A stretch of 64,000 nucleotides of DNA from an uncultured Gemmatimonadaceae bacterium (GTDB lineage Bacteria; Gemmatimonadota; Gemmatimonadetes; Gemmatimonadales; Gemmatimonadaceae). The position numbers were made by a program, and so were the translations under genes. Shown piece by piece: positions 47,782 to 57,400 of this stretch. The notes beneath the pieces were generated by a model that had not been told where the DNA came from, did not search any database, and was given only the letters and a program-made list of their open reading frames with translations. How positions within the stretch are numbered: the stretch's first letter is position 1; each line of letters begins with the position of its first letter. The DNA lies in NCBI GenBank assembly GCA_963740355.1, contig CAVUDW010000002.1:2304001-2368000 (forward strand), read 5' to 3'.

Positions 47782-48419
47782 TGCACCCCGCGGTGGGCAT
47801 CGTCATCGCGTACCTCGTCGGCTCCATCCCGTCAGCATTCCTGGCGGGCAAGGCGAAGGGCGTGGACTTGCGCACGGTTGGCAGTGGCAACCTCGGTGCG
47901 ACGAATGTGTTTCGCACGCTGGGCTGGAAGATCGGGCTGACCGTGTACATCGCAGACTGCCTGAAGGGATTTCTTCCTGTGGCCCTGCTCCCCAGCGTGG
48001 TCGGCACGACTGAGATCGGATGGCGAATCGCGTTCGGTGTCGCGGCCATCGCCGGGCATGTGAAGCCGATCTTCCTGCTCGGGAAGGGCGGTGGCAAGGG
48101 CGTGGCCACTGCGTCGGGGGTGTTCCTGGCGCTGGCGCCAATGGCCATGCTGTTCTCGATGCTGAGCTTTGCCGCGGTCGTAGCAGCGTCGGGGTATGTC
48201 TCGCTCGGTTCGCTCATCTCGGCTGTTGTACTCGTGTGCGCGGTGGCCGTGCGCGGCACTGGTGGTACGCCATTGCTCGCGACCGTCTCGCTGGTGGCTG
48301 CGTTCGTGTTCTGGACGCATCGGGCAAACATCGAACGTCTGCGCGCCGGTACCGAGCATCGGTTCGGGAAGCGTGGCAAGGCTGCGACCCAGGGGTCGCA
48401 ACAAGGACCTGTGGCATGA
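47781..48419 (+). CDS. plsY: Glycerol-3-phosphate acyltransferase PlsY
   Basis: YLVGSIP, GSGNLGATN, GGKGVAT, HRANIERL. Confidence 0.96.
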   Translation: MHPAVGIVIAYLVGSIPSAFLAGKAKGVDLRTVGSGNLGATNVFRTLGWKIGLTVYIADCLKGFLPVALLPSVVGTTEIGWRIAFGVAAIAGHVKPIFLLGKGGGKGVATASGVFLALAPMAMLFSMLSFAAVVAASGYVSLGSLISAVVLVCAVAVRGTGGTPLLATVSLVAAFVFWTHRANIERLRAGTEHRFGKRGKAATQGSQQGPVA

Positions 48420-49411
48420 CGACTTCGGCCGTGGTTGGCGCAGGCGCGTGGGGAACGGCGCTGGCAGATCTGGTGGCCCGCAATGGCCACCGTACGGCAC
48501 TCTGGGCGCGCGAGACGGATGTGGTGGCGGACATCAATGACCACCACACGAACTCGCGATTCCTGAAGGGCGTCACGTTGTCACCCGATGTGATCGCGAC
48601 CGACGATCTGGTGGCGGCCGTGTCGACGGCCAGTACGATCACCTTCGTCGCGCCGTCGCACGTCTTGCGAGCGGTCATCCGCAGCGCGGCGCACGCGGTG
48701 CGCGAGGACGCGATCCTGATCGTGGCCACGAAAGGCATCGAGCGCGAGACTTTTGCGTTGATGACCGACATCGTCGCCGAGGAGTTGCCCGGTCGACCGG
48801 TGGTTGCGCTGAGCGGTCCGAGTTTCGCGGCAGAAGTTGCGCAGCGGCAGCCAACGGCCGTCGTCGCGGCCAGTCGCGAGGAAGCGGCCGCGCTTCGCAC
48901 GCAGCAGCTCTTTTCGTCGCCGGAGTTCCGCGTCTACACGCAGCGCGACGTAGTGGGTGTGGAGCTCGGCGGCGCGCTGAAGAACGTGATGGCGGTCGCG
49001 ACCGGCGTCCTCGACGGACTCGGCCTTGGCTTCAATCCACGCGCGGCATTGATCACGCGCGGTCTCGCCGAGATGACGCGTCTCGGCGTCGCACTCGGCG
49101 CCGAACCGTTGACCTTCGCCGGGCTGGCTGGCATCGGTGACCTCGTGCTGACCTGCACGGGATCGCTGAGCCGCAATCGCACCGTCGGCGTGGAGATCGG
49201 GCAGGGCCGACCAATCGCGGAAGTCCTGCATGCGCGCGAGACCATTGCCGAAGGTGTCGTCACGACGCAGAGTGCCCATGCCCTGGCGTTGTCACGCGAT
49301 GTGGAAATGCCGATTGTCCGGACAATGCACCGCATCCTGTTCGAGGCGATGCCGCCGAGAGATGCCATTGCCGAACTGATGGCGCGCGCACTGCGCGCGG
49401 AGAGCGATTGA
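48416..49411 (+). CDS. gpsA: NAD(P)H-dependent glycerol-3-phosphate dehydrogenase
   Basis: GAGAWGTALA, TKGIE, SGPSFA, GALKNV, GDLVLTC, SRN. Confidence 0.96.
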   Translation: MTTSAVVGAGAWGTALADLVARNGHRTALWARETDVVADINDHHTNSRFLKGVTLSPDVIATDDLVAAVSTASTITFVAPSHVLRAVIRSAAHAVREDAILIVATKGIERETFALMTDIVAEELPGRPVVALSGPSFAAEVAQRQPTAVVAASREEAAALRTQQLFSSPEFRVYTQRDVVGVELGGALKNVMAVATGVLDGLGLGFNPRAALITRGLAEMTRLGVALGAEPLTFAGLAGIGDLVLTCTGSLSRNRTVGVEIGQGRPIAEVLHARETIAEGVVTTQSAHALALSRDVEMPIVRTMHRILFEAMPPRDAIAELMARALRAESD

Positions 49412-49785
49412 TGGCAGTCTCGTCGCGAGAACCAGTGCAAGAGTTCTTCTCCATCGGCGAGGTCTGCTCGCTGACCGAGCTCAAGCCACATGTGTTGCGC
49501 TACTGGGAGGGACAGTTCCGGTTCCTCAGCCCGGCCAAGAACCGTTCCGGCAACCGCGTCTATCAACGCCGCGAAGTCGAGCTGATCCAGCTCGTGAAAC
49601 ATCTGCTGTACACCGAGAAATACACCATCGAAGGGGCCAAGCGGCGCCTCGATGACCTCCGCAAGGCCGGCGAGCTGCGGCCCACTGCGCGACAGGCGCT
49701 GGAAGTGGCCACCTGGCAGGGCATCGAGAGTGAGCTCCGCGAAATTCTGCGTGAGCTGACGGCACCGGTCACGACGGCGAGCTGA
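49411..49785 (+). CDS. MerR family transcriptional regulator
   Basis: FSIGEV...HVLRYWE...GNRVY...YTIEGA. Confidence 0.9.
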   Translation: MAVSSREPVQEFFSIGEVCSLTELKPHVLRYWEGQFRFLSPAKNRSGNRVYQRREVELIQLVKHLLYTEKYTIEGAKRRLDDLRKAGELRPTARQALEVATWQGIESELREILRELTAPVTTAS

Positions 49786-50567
49786 TGCTCCGCGCGGTGT
49801 GCGTCATCCCGGCCTATCAGGCAGCGGATACCATTGCCGCCGTCGTGCAGGGAGTGCGCGCGGCCTGCCCAGGCCTCTCCATCGTCGTGGTGGATGATGG
49901 CTCGCGAGATGGCACCTTCGCTGCGGCGACCGCCAGTGGTGCCGACGATGTCCTTCGGCACGAGATCAATCGCGGCAAGGGGGCGGCGCTGCAGACGGCG
50001 TTCGCCCAGGTGTTCCGCGCTGATTCGCCGACCGGTGTGCGATTCGATGCCGTCGTCACCGTGGATGCCGACGGTCAGCACGATCCCGCCAGCCTGCCGG
50101 CACTGCTGCGTGCGCTGGAGCGTGCCGATCTCGTCATCGGAGCGCGACGCCGACGCGGGACGTCGATGCCGCTGCAGCGTCGGGTGGCCAACGCGATCTC
50201 GACGCGTGCCATTGCGTGGTGCGCCGGTCGACCGATCCGCGATGCGCAGTGTGGCTTCCGGGGGATCCGGCGTTCGCTGCTCGAACGCGTACCGCATGTG
50301 GGTGAGCGGTATGAGGCAGAAACGGCTTTCGTCATCCGCGCAGCGCGCACAGGCGCTATCATCGACCAGATCGAAATTCCGACCCGGTATGGTCCACCGA
50401 GCCACTTCCGCCCGTTGCGCGACGCGGCGAGGGTGATCGCGACCATCTGGTCCCACCGCCCATCCCGCACGACGCCCGCATGCGACTCCTCTGCACCAAC
50501 GACGACGGCATCCTCGCCCATGGTCTCGACTGCCTGGTCCGCGCCGCCGAACCGCTTGGGGAGGTGA
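49785..50567 (+). CDS. Glycosyltransferase family 2 (DPM-synthase-like)
   Basis: IPAY, VDDGSRD, NRGKGAA, DADGQH, DAQCGFR. Confidence 0.88.
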   Translation: MLRAVCVIPAYQAADTIAAVVQGVRAACPGLSIVVVDDGSRDGTFAAATASGADDVLRHEINRGKGAALQTAFAQVFRADSPTGVRFDAVVTVDADGQHDPASLPALLRALERADLVIGARRRRGTSMPLQRRVANAISTRAIAWCAGRPIRDAQCGFRGIRRSLLERVPHVGERYEAETAFVIRAARTGAIIDQIEIPTRYGPPSHFRPLRDAARVIATIWSHRPSRTTPACDSSAPTTTASSPMVSTAWSAPPNRLGR

Positions 50568-51238
50568 CGGTTGTTGCCCCCGACCGTGAACAAAGCGCCA
50601 CCAGCCACTCGCTGACATTGCACCATCCGCTGCGCCCCGTGCGTCGCGGTGACCGGCGCTGGCAGGTTGACGGCACACCCACTGATTGTGCCATGCTGGC
50701 GATCGAGGCGCTGATGCCGGAGCGCCCGGACTTCGTCCTCAGCGGCATCAATCATGGTCACAACATGGGCGAGGACGTGCTGTACTCCGGCACCGTCGCT
50801 GCTGCCATGGAAGGATTGTCACTGGGCGTTCCCGCTATCGCTCTCAGCTTCGCCGGCGGCGATTTGCGGTCCGACATGACCAAGCTCGATGAACTGGTGG
50901 CGCCGCTGACCGACTTGCTCGGGCACCTGATGTCTCTCGAGATGCCCCGCGGCACCCTCTTGAACATCAACCTGCCCCCGCGTCGTGGTGACGAAGTGGT
51001 CGGTGTGCGACTGACGCGACTCGGTCGCCGCGCCTACTCGAATGCGCTGGCGAAGATGCAGGATCCGTGGGGGCGGCCGATCTACTGGATCGGCGGTGGC
51101 TCGATTTCGTGGGAGGGAGACGCCGATTCGGACTTCCGAGCCGTTCAGGACGGTTACATTAGCGTCACGCCCCTCCATCTCGACCTGACACACCACGCCA
51201 TGCTCGACGCGTCGCACACCTGGTGGCGAGCGCCCTGA
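50480..51238 (+). CDS. surE: 5'/3'-nucleotidase SurE
   Basis: TNDDG, APDREQSA, GTPTDC, SGINHG, YSGTVAAA, SVTPL. Confidence 0.96.
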   Translation: MRLLCTNDDGILAHGLDCLVRAAEPLGEVTVVAPDREQSATSHSLTLHHPLRPVRRGDRRWQVDGTPTDCAMLAIEALMPERPDFVLSGINHGHNMGEDVLYSGTVAAAMEGLSLGVPAIALSFAGGDLRSDMTKLDELVAPLTDLLGHLMSLEMPRGTLLNINLPPRRGDEVVGVRLTRLGRRAYSNALAKMQDPWGRPIYWIGGGSISWEGDADSDFRAVQDGYISVTPLHLDLTHHAMLDASHTWWRAP

Positions 51239-51897
51239 TGCTCTCGCACGAACTCCGCGGCCCACGGCGTCGACTCATCGAGACGCTGCAGGAAAACGGT
51301 ATTCGTGATCTCGCGGTGCTTCGTGCCTTTGACGAAGTGCCGCGGCACTTGTTCGTGCCCACTGGTGTGCGTCACCGCGCTTACGAAGACGCGGCATTGC
51401 CGATCGGGTCGGGCCAGACGATTTCGCAGCCGAGCATTCACGCGTTGTATCTCGACGTGCTGAAGCTGACGGGGAAGGAGCGCGTGCTCGAGATCGGGAC
51501 TGGCTCGGGCTTCCAGACAGCACTGCTGGCACGACTCGCGGCGCAGGTCTTCACGATCGAGCGAGTGGCGGCGTTGATGGATCGTGCCAAGGATGTGCTG
51601 CGCACACATGGCGTGAACAACGTCTCCTTTCTGGTGGGCGACGGCACCATCGGGTGGCGGGAGTATGGTCCGTACGATGCGATCCTCGTTGGTGCCGGGT
51701 CGCCGACGGTTCCGCAGCCCTTGATCGATCAGTTGGCCGTCGGCGGCCGGTTGCTGTGTCCAGTCGGCGACCGGACGAAACAGGAAGTCGTGCTCGTCAC
51801 GCGCGATCTTTCAGGGATCAAGACGCGCGTGATTACGGATGCGCGATTTGTGCCGCTGGTCGGCACGCACGGCTGGGTTGACGGAGCGCCCACGTGA
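51223..51897 (+). CDS. pcm: Protein-L-isoaspartate O-methyltransferase
   Basis: VPRHLFV, GQTISQP, LEIGTGSGFQ, GDG, FVPLVG; alternative start ATG 51238. Confidence 0.95.
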   Translation: MASALMLSHELRGPRRRLIETLQENGIRDLAVLRAFDEVPRHLFVPTGVRHRAYEDAALPIGSGQTISQPSIHALYLDVLKLTGKERVLEIGTGSGFQTALLARLAAQVFTIERVAALMDRAKDVLRTHGVNNVSFLVGDGTIGWREYGPYDAILVGAGSPTVPQPLIDQLAVGGRLLCPVGDRTKQEVVLVTRDLSGIKTRVITDARFVPLVGTHGWVDGAPT

Positions 51898-52211
51898 CCG
51901 AGACCCTCGGCCGCATCACGCCCACTGGCACGATCCTGCATGTGATCGTGCATGGGCGCGTGCAAGGCGTTGGCTTCCGGTGGTTCGTGCGCACCGAGGC
52001 GCGACGCCTCGGTCTCGCTGGCTGGGTGCGCAACCTCCCTGATGGCACCGTCGAATTGCGCGCATCGGGCATCGCGCAATTCCTGGCGGCACTGGAGCAG
52101 GCGATCCAGCGCGGCCCTGAGGGGGCTGCCGTGACACAGATTTCGCAGGTCGAGACTCCGGCGCCGGACTCTCGCGCGGACACGCCGTATCCTTTCATCA
52201 TTCTGCGCTGA
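51894..52211 (+). CDS. acyP: Acylphosphatase
   Basis: GRVQGVGFR, GWVRNLPDGTVE. Confidence 0.94.
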   Translation: MTETLGRITPTGTILHVIVHGRVQGVGFRWFVRTEARRLGLAGWVRNLPDGTVELRASGIAQFLAALEQAIQRGPEGAAVTQISQVETPAPDSRADTPYPFIILR

Positions 52212-52747
52212 TGGCTGTTTCAGTCGAGGCACAGGCGCAACTGCGTCGCCTCATTCGGGAAGTCCCGAACTTCCCGAAGCCGGGCATCAATTTTCGTGAC
52301 ATCACGCCGCTGCTGGGCAACTCGCCAGAGTTTGCGCTGGCGATCGTCGGCATGATTTCACCGTGGCGCGATGCACAGGTGACGCATGTGATCGGCATCG
52401 AGAGCCGCGGCTTCATCTTCGGCGCCCCGGTGGCATTGGGGCTTGGCGCCGGTTTCGTGCCGATTCGCAAGCCCGGCAAGTTGCCGTGGACGGTACTGCG
52501 CGAGGCGTATGCGCTGGAGTACGGTACCGATGCGCTCGAGATGCATGAGGACGCACTTCCTGAGGGCGCGCGCGTGCTGATCATCGATGACGTACTGGCC
52601 ACAGGCGGCACCGCCATGGCGGCGGCGCGACTGGTGCACAATGCCGGCGCCTCAGTGGTCGGGTACAATTTCCTGATCGAGATCGAGGCCATCGGTGCGC
52701 GGAAGTTGTTCCCGGGCGTTCGTGTCGAGTCGATCCTGACCTACTGA
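52211..52747 (+). CDS. apt: Adenine phosphoribosyltransferase
   Basis: FPKPGINFRDIT, IESRGF, RKPGKLP, LEYG, IDDVLATGGT. Confidence 0.97.
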   Translation: MAVSVEAQAQLRRLIREVPNFPKPGINFRDITPLLGNSPEFALAIVGMISPWRDAQVTHVIGIESRGFIFGAPVALGLGAGFVPIRKPGKLPWTVLREAYALEYGTDALEMHEDALPEGARVLIIDDVLATGGTAMAAARLVHNAGASVVGYNFLIEIEAIGARKLFPGVRVESILTY

Positions 52748-52821
52748 CGACGGGCGGCCGTGGCGCTGCGGCGTTGCGGCCCGGCTGACGGTTCGGGAGC
52801 GGAGCGACTATTTTCAGGAAG

Positions 52822-52895
52822 GCCCTCGTAGCTCAGGTGGATAGAGCAGCAGTTTCCTAAACTGTTGGCCGGCGGTTCGAGTCCGCCCGAGGGCA
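52822..52895 (+). tRNA. tRNA-Arg(CCT), probable integration site of the downstream element
   Basis: GCCCTCG/CGAGGGC stem, anticodon loop TTCCTAA, GTTCGAGTC. Confidence 0.96.
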
Positions 52896-52972
52896 TTTGC
52901 TAAACTTCTGCAGAGCAATGACTTAGAGCAAGCGGCATTGCCGAGGTTGCTTCCGGGAGGGTTCCTGCCGGG

Positions 52973-53272
52973 TTACGCCAATCCCACCCGCACCGACCCA
53001 CCCGCAGCCGTCACGCGGAAGTAGGGCCAATCGACCCCGACCTTTGTGCGCGTATTGGCTGAGAAACTCTGATTCGCCGCGGTGTCCGTGGAGTCCGCCA
53101 CTGCGGCCGCGGAGTTCACTCGCGAGATCGTGGCCGTCGCGCCGGCGCTGGTGATGATGGTGATGGCGCCCACCCCGCGCAGATCGAGGACGATGCTCGT
53201 GCCGGCCGTGAGTGTGCGCGGTGAGTGTGCATAAGAGCGCTGTTCGATGGTGAAGTCTGCAGGGATCGTCAT
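52973..53272 (-). CDS. Small beta-strand-rich hypothetical protein (99 aa)
   Basis: ATGA coupling to the terS stop; alternating hydrophobic pattern (SIVLDL, ITIITS, YFRVTA, VRVGL). Confidence 0.65.
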   Translation of the reverse strand: MTIPADFTIEQRSYAHSPRTLTAGTSIVLDLRGVGAITIITSAGATATISRVNSAAAVADSTDTAANQSFSANTRTKVGVDWPYFRVTAAGGSVRVGLA

Positions 53273-53805
53273 GTGATGGGCTCCGGGTGGATGAGGGAGA
53301 GAACAGCATCGGGCACGCCGGAGACCACAGCATCGGGCACGCCGGAGACCACGGTGATGGGCTGACCGGCGCTGGTGACATCGAGGCTTGAGTGATTGCC
53401 GTACTTGCGTGGGGCGAGCGCCGCCACGTACCACCGTCTGGCATCGAATCGCAACCGAGAACGGGCGGCAAATTCGTGATTCGGACGCTCGACACCCTGG
53501 GCGTCCGTGAATCGGTCGCCGCTCGCGTCGTCAGCGATCGCCAACGCGTCTTCGGCGATGGCGTCGACCTGCATCTCTCGCACGCGCGCGTAGCGTTTCG
53601 CGTTCTCAGGGGATTGATCCCGCCACTCGTACACAGCCCGTGGGTTGACCGCCTCGGCCTTGCAGGCACGGCGCACCAGTTCTCCCAGCGCGACCCGCTC
53701 GAGGACGCGCTTCACGCGCGCGTCCGTGGTCTTGGCCAGCATTTTCGCCGGGGCCGAGATCGGGAGGTCAGCCACCATCGCCCGGGTGCTGCGTGCTGGC
53801 GTCAT
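53269..53805 (-). CDS. terS: Terminase small subunit, Sf6 gp1-like
   Basis: HTH (LVRRACKA...AVYEW), RYARVREMQVDAIAEDALAIADD, RSRLRFDARRWYVAALAPRKYG; ATGA-coupled start at 53805. Confidence 0.85.
   Translation of the reverse strand: MTPARSTRAMVADLPISAPAKMLAKTTDARVKRVLERVALGELVRRACKAEAVNPRAVYEWRDQSPENAKRYARVREMQVDAIAEDALAIADDASGDRFTDAQGVERPNHEFAARSRLRFDARRWYVAALAPRKYGNHSSLDVTSAGQPITVVSGVPDAVVSGVPDAVLSLIHPEPIT
53303..53352. repeat. 24-bp tandem duplication in the terS 3' end (VVSGVPDA x2)
   Basis: ACAGCATCGGGCACGCCGGAGACC at 53303 and 53327. Confidence 0.95.
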
Positions 53806-54167
53806 TCTCGATCGCCCTCGTTCTCTCGCCGCATCCGAGCCACACGTTCGCGGCCCTTCAGCAAAATCTCCGTCAGCGTCTCTCCATTCGATGTGAGATC
53901 GATGGGTTGCGTCGGTTTGCCGTACCCGCGATCCGCGCAGAACGTGAGCGCTTTGACGAAGTGCGGATGATTGTGGTCCTTGAGGATCAGGCACAGCTCT
54001 CGGAGCGTCTCCTCGCTGCTGGCAAGTGATCGCATGTGCGCCACGAAGTCGTCGGTCGGGCGACCAGGTGAAACGCCGCGCCGCGGGTCCGGTCCCTTCG
54101 CGAACGGCTTCCCGCGCAATTTCTTCGGCGCGTTCGTGCCAGCGGTGATCGTGCTGGTGTCGAGCAT
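53802..54167 (-). CDS. DUF5681-like, second small-terminase-like protein
   Basis: LRGKPFAKGPDPRRGVSPGRP N-terminus; DRGYGKPTQPIDLTSNGE C-terminus; SD GAGG. Confidence 0.65.
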   Translation of the reverse strand: MLDTSTITAGTNAPKKLRGKPFAKGPDPRRGVSPGRPTDDFVAHMRSLASSEETLRELCLILKDHNHPHFVKALTFCADRGYGKPTQPIDLTSNGETLTEILLKGRERVARMRRENEGDRE

Positions 54168-54168
54168 G

Positions 54169-54453
54169 TCAGGCCTCATTCTCAAGGGAAAGGTCGGCGC
54201 GCAGCTGGGCGATCTCTGCGCGTCTGTCTTCGGCGTACTGCTCCGCAAACTCGATCTGTTGCCGCAGCTTCATCGTCCACATGACGCGCCCGAGGAAGAG
54301 GTCGCGCGTGGCGACCGGCGCCGCGCAGCGGTGGAGAGCGTTCCACCACGCGCGGAGTGCGCGGCGCTTCTGTGCCGTGTTCTCTTCGTGGACCGCGAGC
54401 TTGCGTTCGGCCCACGCGAGTTTGTCTGTGATCTCGAGGTGTGGTGTGGTCAT
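54169..54453 (-). CDS. Hypothetical helical protein (94 aa)
   Basis: ATG with GAGAG SD; fills the gap between the flanking genes. Confidence 0.55.
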   Translation of the reverse strand: MTTPHLEITDKLAWAERKLAVHEENTAQKRRALRAWWNALHRCAAPVATRDLFLGRVMWTMKLRQQIEFAEQYAEDRRAEIAQLRADLSLENEA

Positions 54454-54464
54454 GTCTCTCAGCG

Positions 54465-57400
54465 TTAGCGGTGACGTGGTGGGCCAATCAGTGGCGCCAA
54501 GGGATTCGAGGTCGTGCCGTCGATCAGTGCCGTGATGCCCCGCACGGTGCGATCGAGCTGGGTGGCGGGATAGCCGAACAGCAGGCCCGCGGTTTCGTTT
54601 GCCGCACGGAGTGTTGCCGGCGTGACATCACCGCCGCGCGCGATACGGTCGGTCTGCGCTTTCAACTTCCCGATCGAGGCGAACACGCCGGCACCGGCCG
54701 GGCCATCGTAGTCGCCATACCCCTGCATCATCCCGCTCACTTCGCGCCCCAGCGGCACGAGGCTGAGGGCATACGCGGCAATCTCGGCGAGATACGAGGT
54801 CGCGACGTTGTCCGGTGGCTCATCACCACGCAGGGCATCCCGCAGCAGCTTGGTGAGCACTGACGGCAGCACGACGGTGAGCAGCACCACGTTCGTGATG
54901 GCGGCGACTTGTTCACCCCGTGTGCCGTCGCGCAGCGCCAGGCGACCAGACGAGGCGATCAGGTTGTATTGCGTGTTCATGTACGAGTACATCGCGGTCC
55001 AGAGTCGCGCCCAGCCTCGGAGACGCATGACCTGCGCCTGATCCTTGAGCATGCCGTTGCCCTGGCTATCGATCACGGCTTGATCGGCCACCAGCACGGC
55101 CTCGGCTTCTGGCGTGCCGGCGCTAATGGCCTTCTGATACGCGCCAATCCATGACGGCAGGTCGACCACGGTTTGCATCAGCGCGATGCCACGATACGCG
55201 TACTCGGCCAAGCCGCGGTCGAAGGCTTGCTTCGGCTCGATCTCGAAGGTCGCACGCAACGCCGTCATCGCGTCGCGCGACACCGTCGCTTGCCGTTCCC
55301 GCATGAACGCCGACTTCTCGAGGACCATGGCATTCGACTGATTCAGGCGCAGCAGGCTGCCGGTCGATGCCAGGAGACCGCGCGCCGTCCAGCCGTAGCC
55401 AATGCGCGCCGACGTCGAGAGGAAGCCAGTGGGCTGCATGAGCGCCGTCATCACGTTGAAGCCCATGCGCACCAGCGAGACTTTTCGGTTCAGCGTCTCC
55501 GCGATCGCATCCGTGGGGCCGGCAGGACGACCGTTGACCGTGACGTCCGTCAGCGCGCTTTTGATCTGCTCCCACAGTTCCGGTCCGACCGTGGCAATCG
55601 CGCGATCACCCACGTCCGGCGCGCGGAAGAGCACTGCGTTCAGGTCGCGAATGATCTCCTGATGCGTCAGGTCGTGGATCACCTCCCGCACATGCTCCCC
55701 GATCACCAACAGGTCGAGGCGCACCGCGTAGCTGGCCGACTGCACCCGCTCAATCCGACTGCCGTTCCGTGTGCTGCCGCGATGCGCGACGCCGCGCGCA
55801 AAATCCCGCTGCTGCGATTCCAGATCGATCGATTGAATCTGCGCGCTCTGCGTCGGATCGTACTTGAGCCGGTAGTACCCGCCGCGATACTGCGTCCCGC
55901 GCACGACGAACGGAATGGCCTCCACTTTCTCCGGCGCGATCCCATCGATGCGCTTGGCGAGGGCCTCGGTCGCGGGCCAGAACGAATCGAGATAGTCCCA
56001 GACGCCTTGCACCCAGCGCAGTTGGCTGTCCGTGAGGGACTCGCGGAGGCGCTGTTGCTCGCCGTCGCCAATCTGATTGCCATCCCGCAAGCGCTGCTGA
56101 TTCCCTTCGGTGCCCGTGTTGAGCACGACGGCCAAGCGCTGCCGGAGCGTGAGATGCACGACCACGCCAGTCGAGAGGCGCACGGGTGCCGTGGTGGCGA
56201 GCGCCTTGCGGTCCGCCGGCGTGAGCAATGCGTTCACACGCGCCAACGCAACAGCCGCTTCCCGGTTCTGTCGGGCTTCCTCGGTCCCCGCTTCATTGAG
56301 CGGGCGCAGCACATACTGCCACCAGTCGCCGGTCTCATTGCCGCCGCCAATCTGCCGGACGATAGAGGGCAGGGTGCGGAGCGTGGCGAAGCGTTCGCGG
56401 GCGGCCGTCGCGAATCGTGCACGCGACGACATGGCATCCCCACGATCGGGCGCGACCTGGCCGGTGCGATCGAGTTCGTCCATCAGCTTCGTGCGCAGTT
56501 CGTCCTGCGTGTGCTGCTTCGTCAGCGCGAGCGCCTTGCCTTCGCGCGCCGCACCGGTGCCGAGCATCAGCACCGCGTCGCGAAGATCCCGCGTCTGTTG
56601 CACCGTCAGGGACTGGAACGGGATCGCCGGCGTCTCGGTGCCGAGCCCCAACGCGGCGACGATCGGATCACCCTCGGCGGTCTTCTCCGTGATCCAGCGG
56701 GCCAGATCGGCGCGGGCCTCCCATTCGGTGCGCGTGCGCTGCTTCAGGTCGACGCGTTCGAGGAGGCCATCGATCTGCTCGAGCCACGGCTGCCCAATCT
56801 TGCCGATCTTCGCACGGACCGCCGGCTGCGTATACCGGAGCAACTCGCGGCGCGCGTCCCGCATTTCGTTCTGTGCGGCGATCGCTTCCGCATAGAAGAG
56901 ATGATTCAGGAGTTGCCGGCGCTTCGCCAGGTAGGCGCCCTGCTGGTTCCCGGCGACGAGTGCGGCTTCGACTTCGCGGGCGGCCTGTCGCTCGGCGACG
57001 AAGTAGCCATGTGGGCGAATCGTGGCGGCCGTCTGCTTGGCGATCGTGTCGCGGGCGAGTCGCTTGAGACTGGCGAAGGTGACGCCGTCCGCTCGGCTCG
57101 GCACATCCAGGCCACGCACATGGCCGAGCGCGGTGAGTTCTTCCACCAACACCCGCGCCAACCCGTCGTCTGCGGCATCGTGCGCGACAGAGCGAGCGGC
57201 CTGCGCCAGCGCGTTGCCATCGTGCAGGAGATCCCCGTAGTCGCGGGCCATGCTCGCACCCACCTGCTCCCGCACGAGGGCGTCGATCGGCGGCGCCGTC
57301 AGGAGCGCGGCGATCAGCTCGTCCTCCGTGGCAAAGCCGTACTCGATGGCGAAGAGCGTGGGGTCGATGCCGGTGTCGGTGGTCGTCAGCTTCCGTTGCG

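Noticed and set aside
50480..50567. 88-bp overlap between the GT2 gene and surE
   Set aside because: The GT2 tail beyond the conserved domain is low-complexity run-on; common in high-GC operons.
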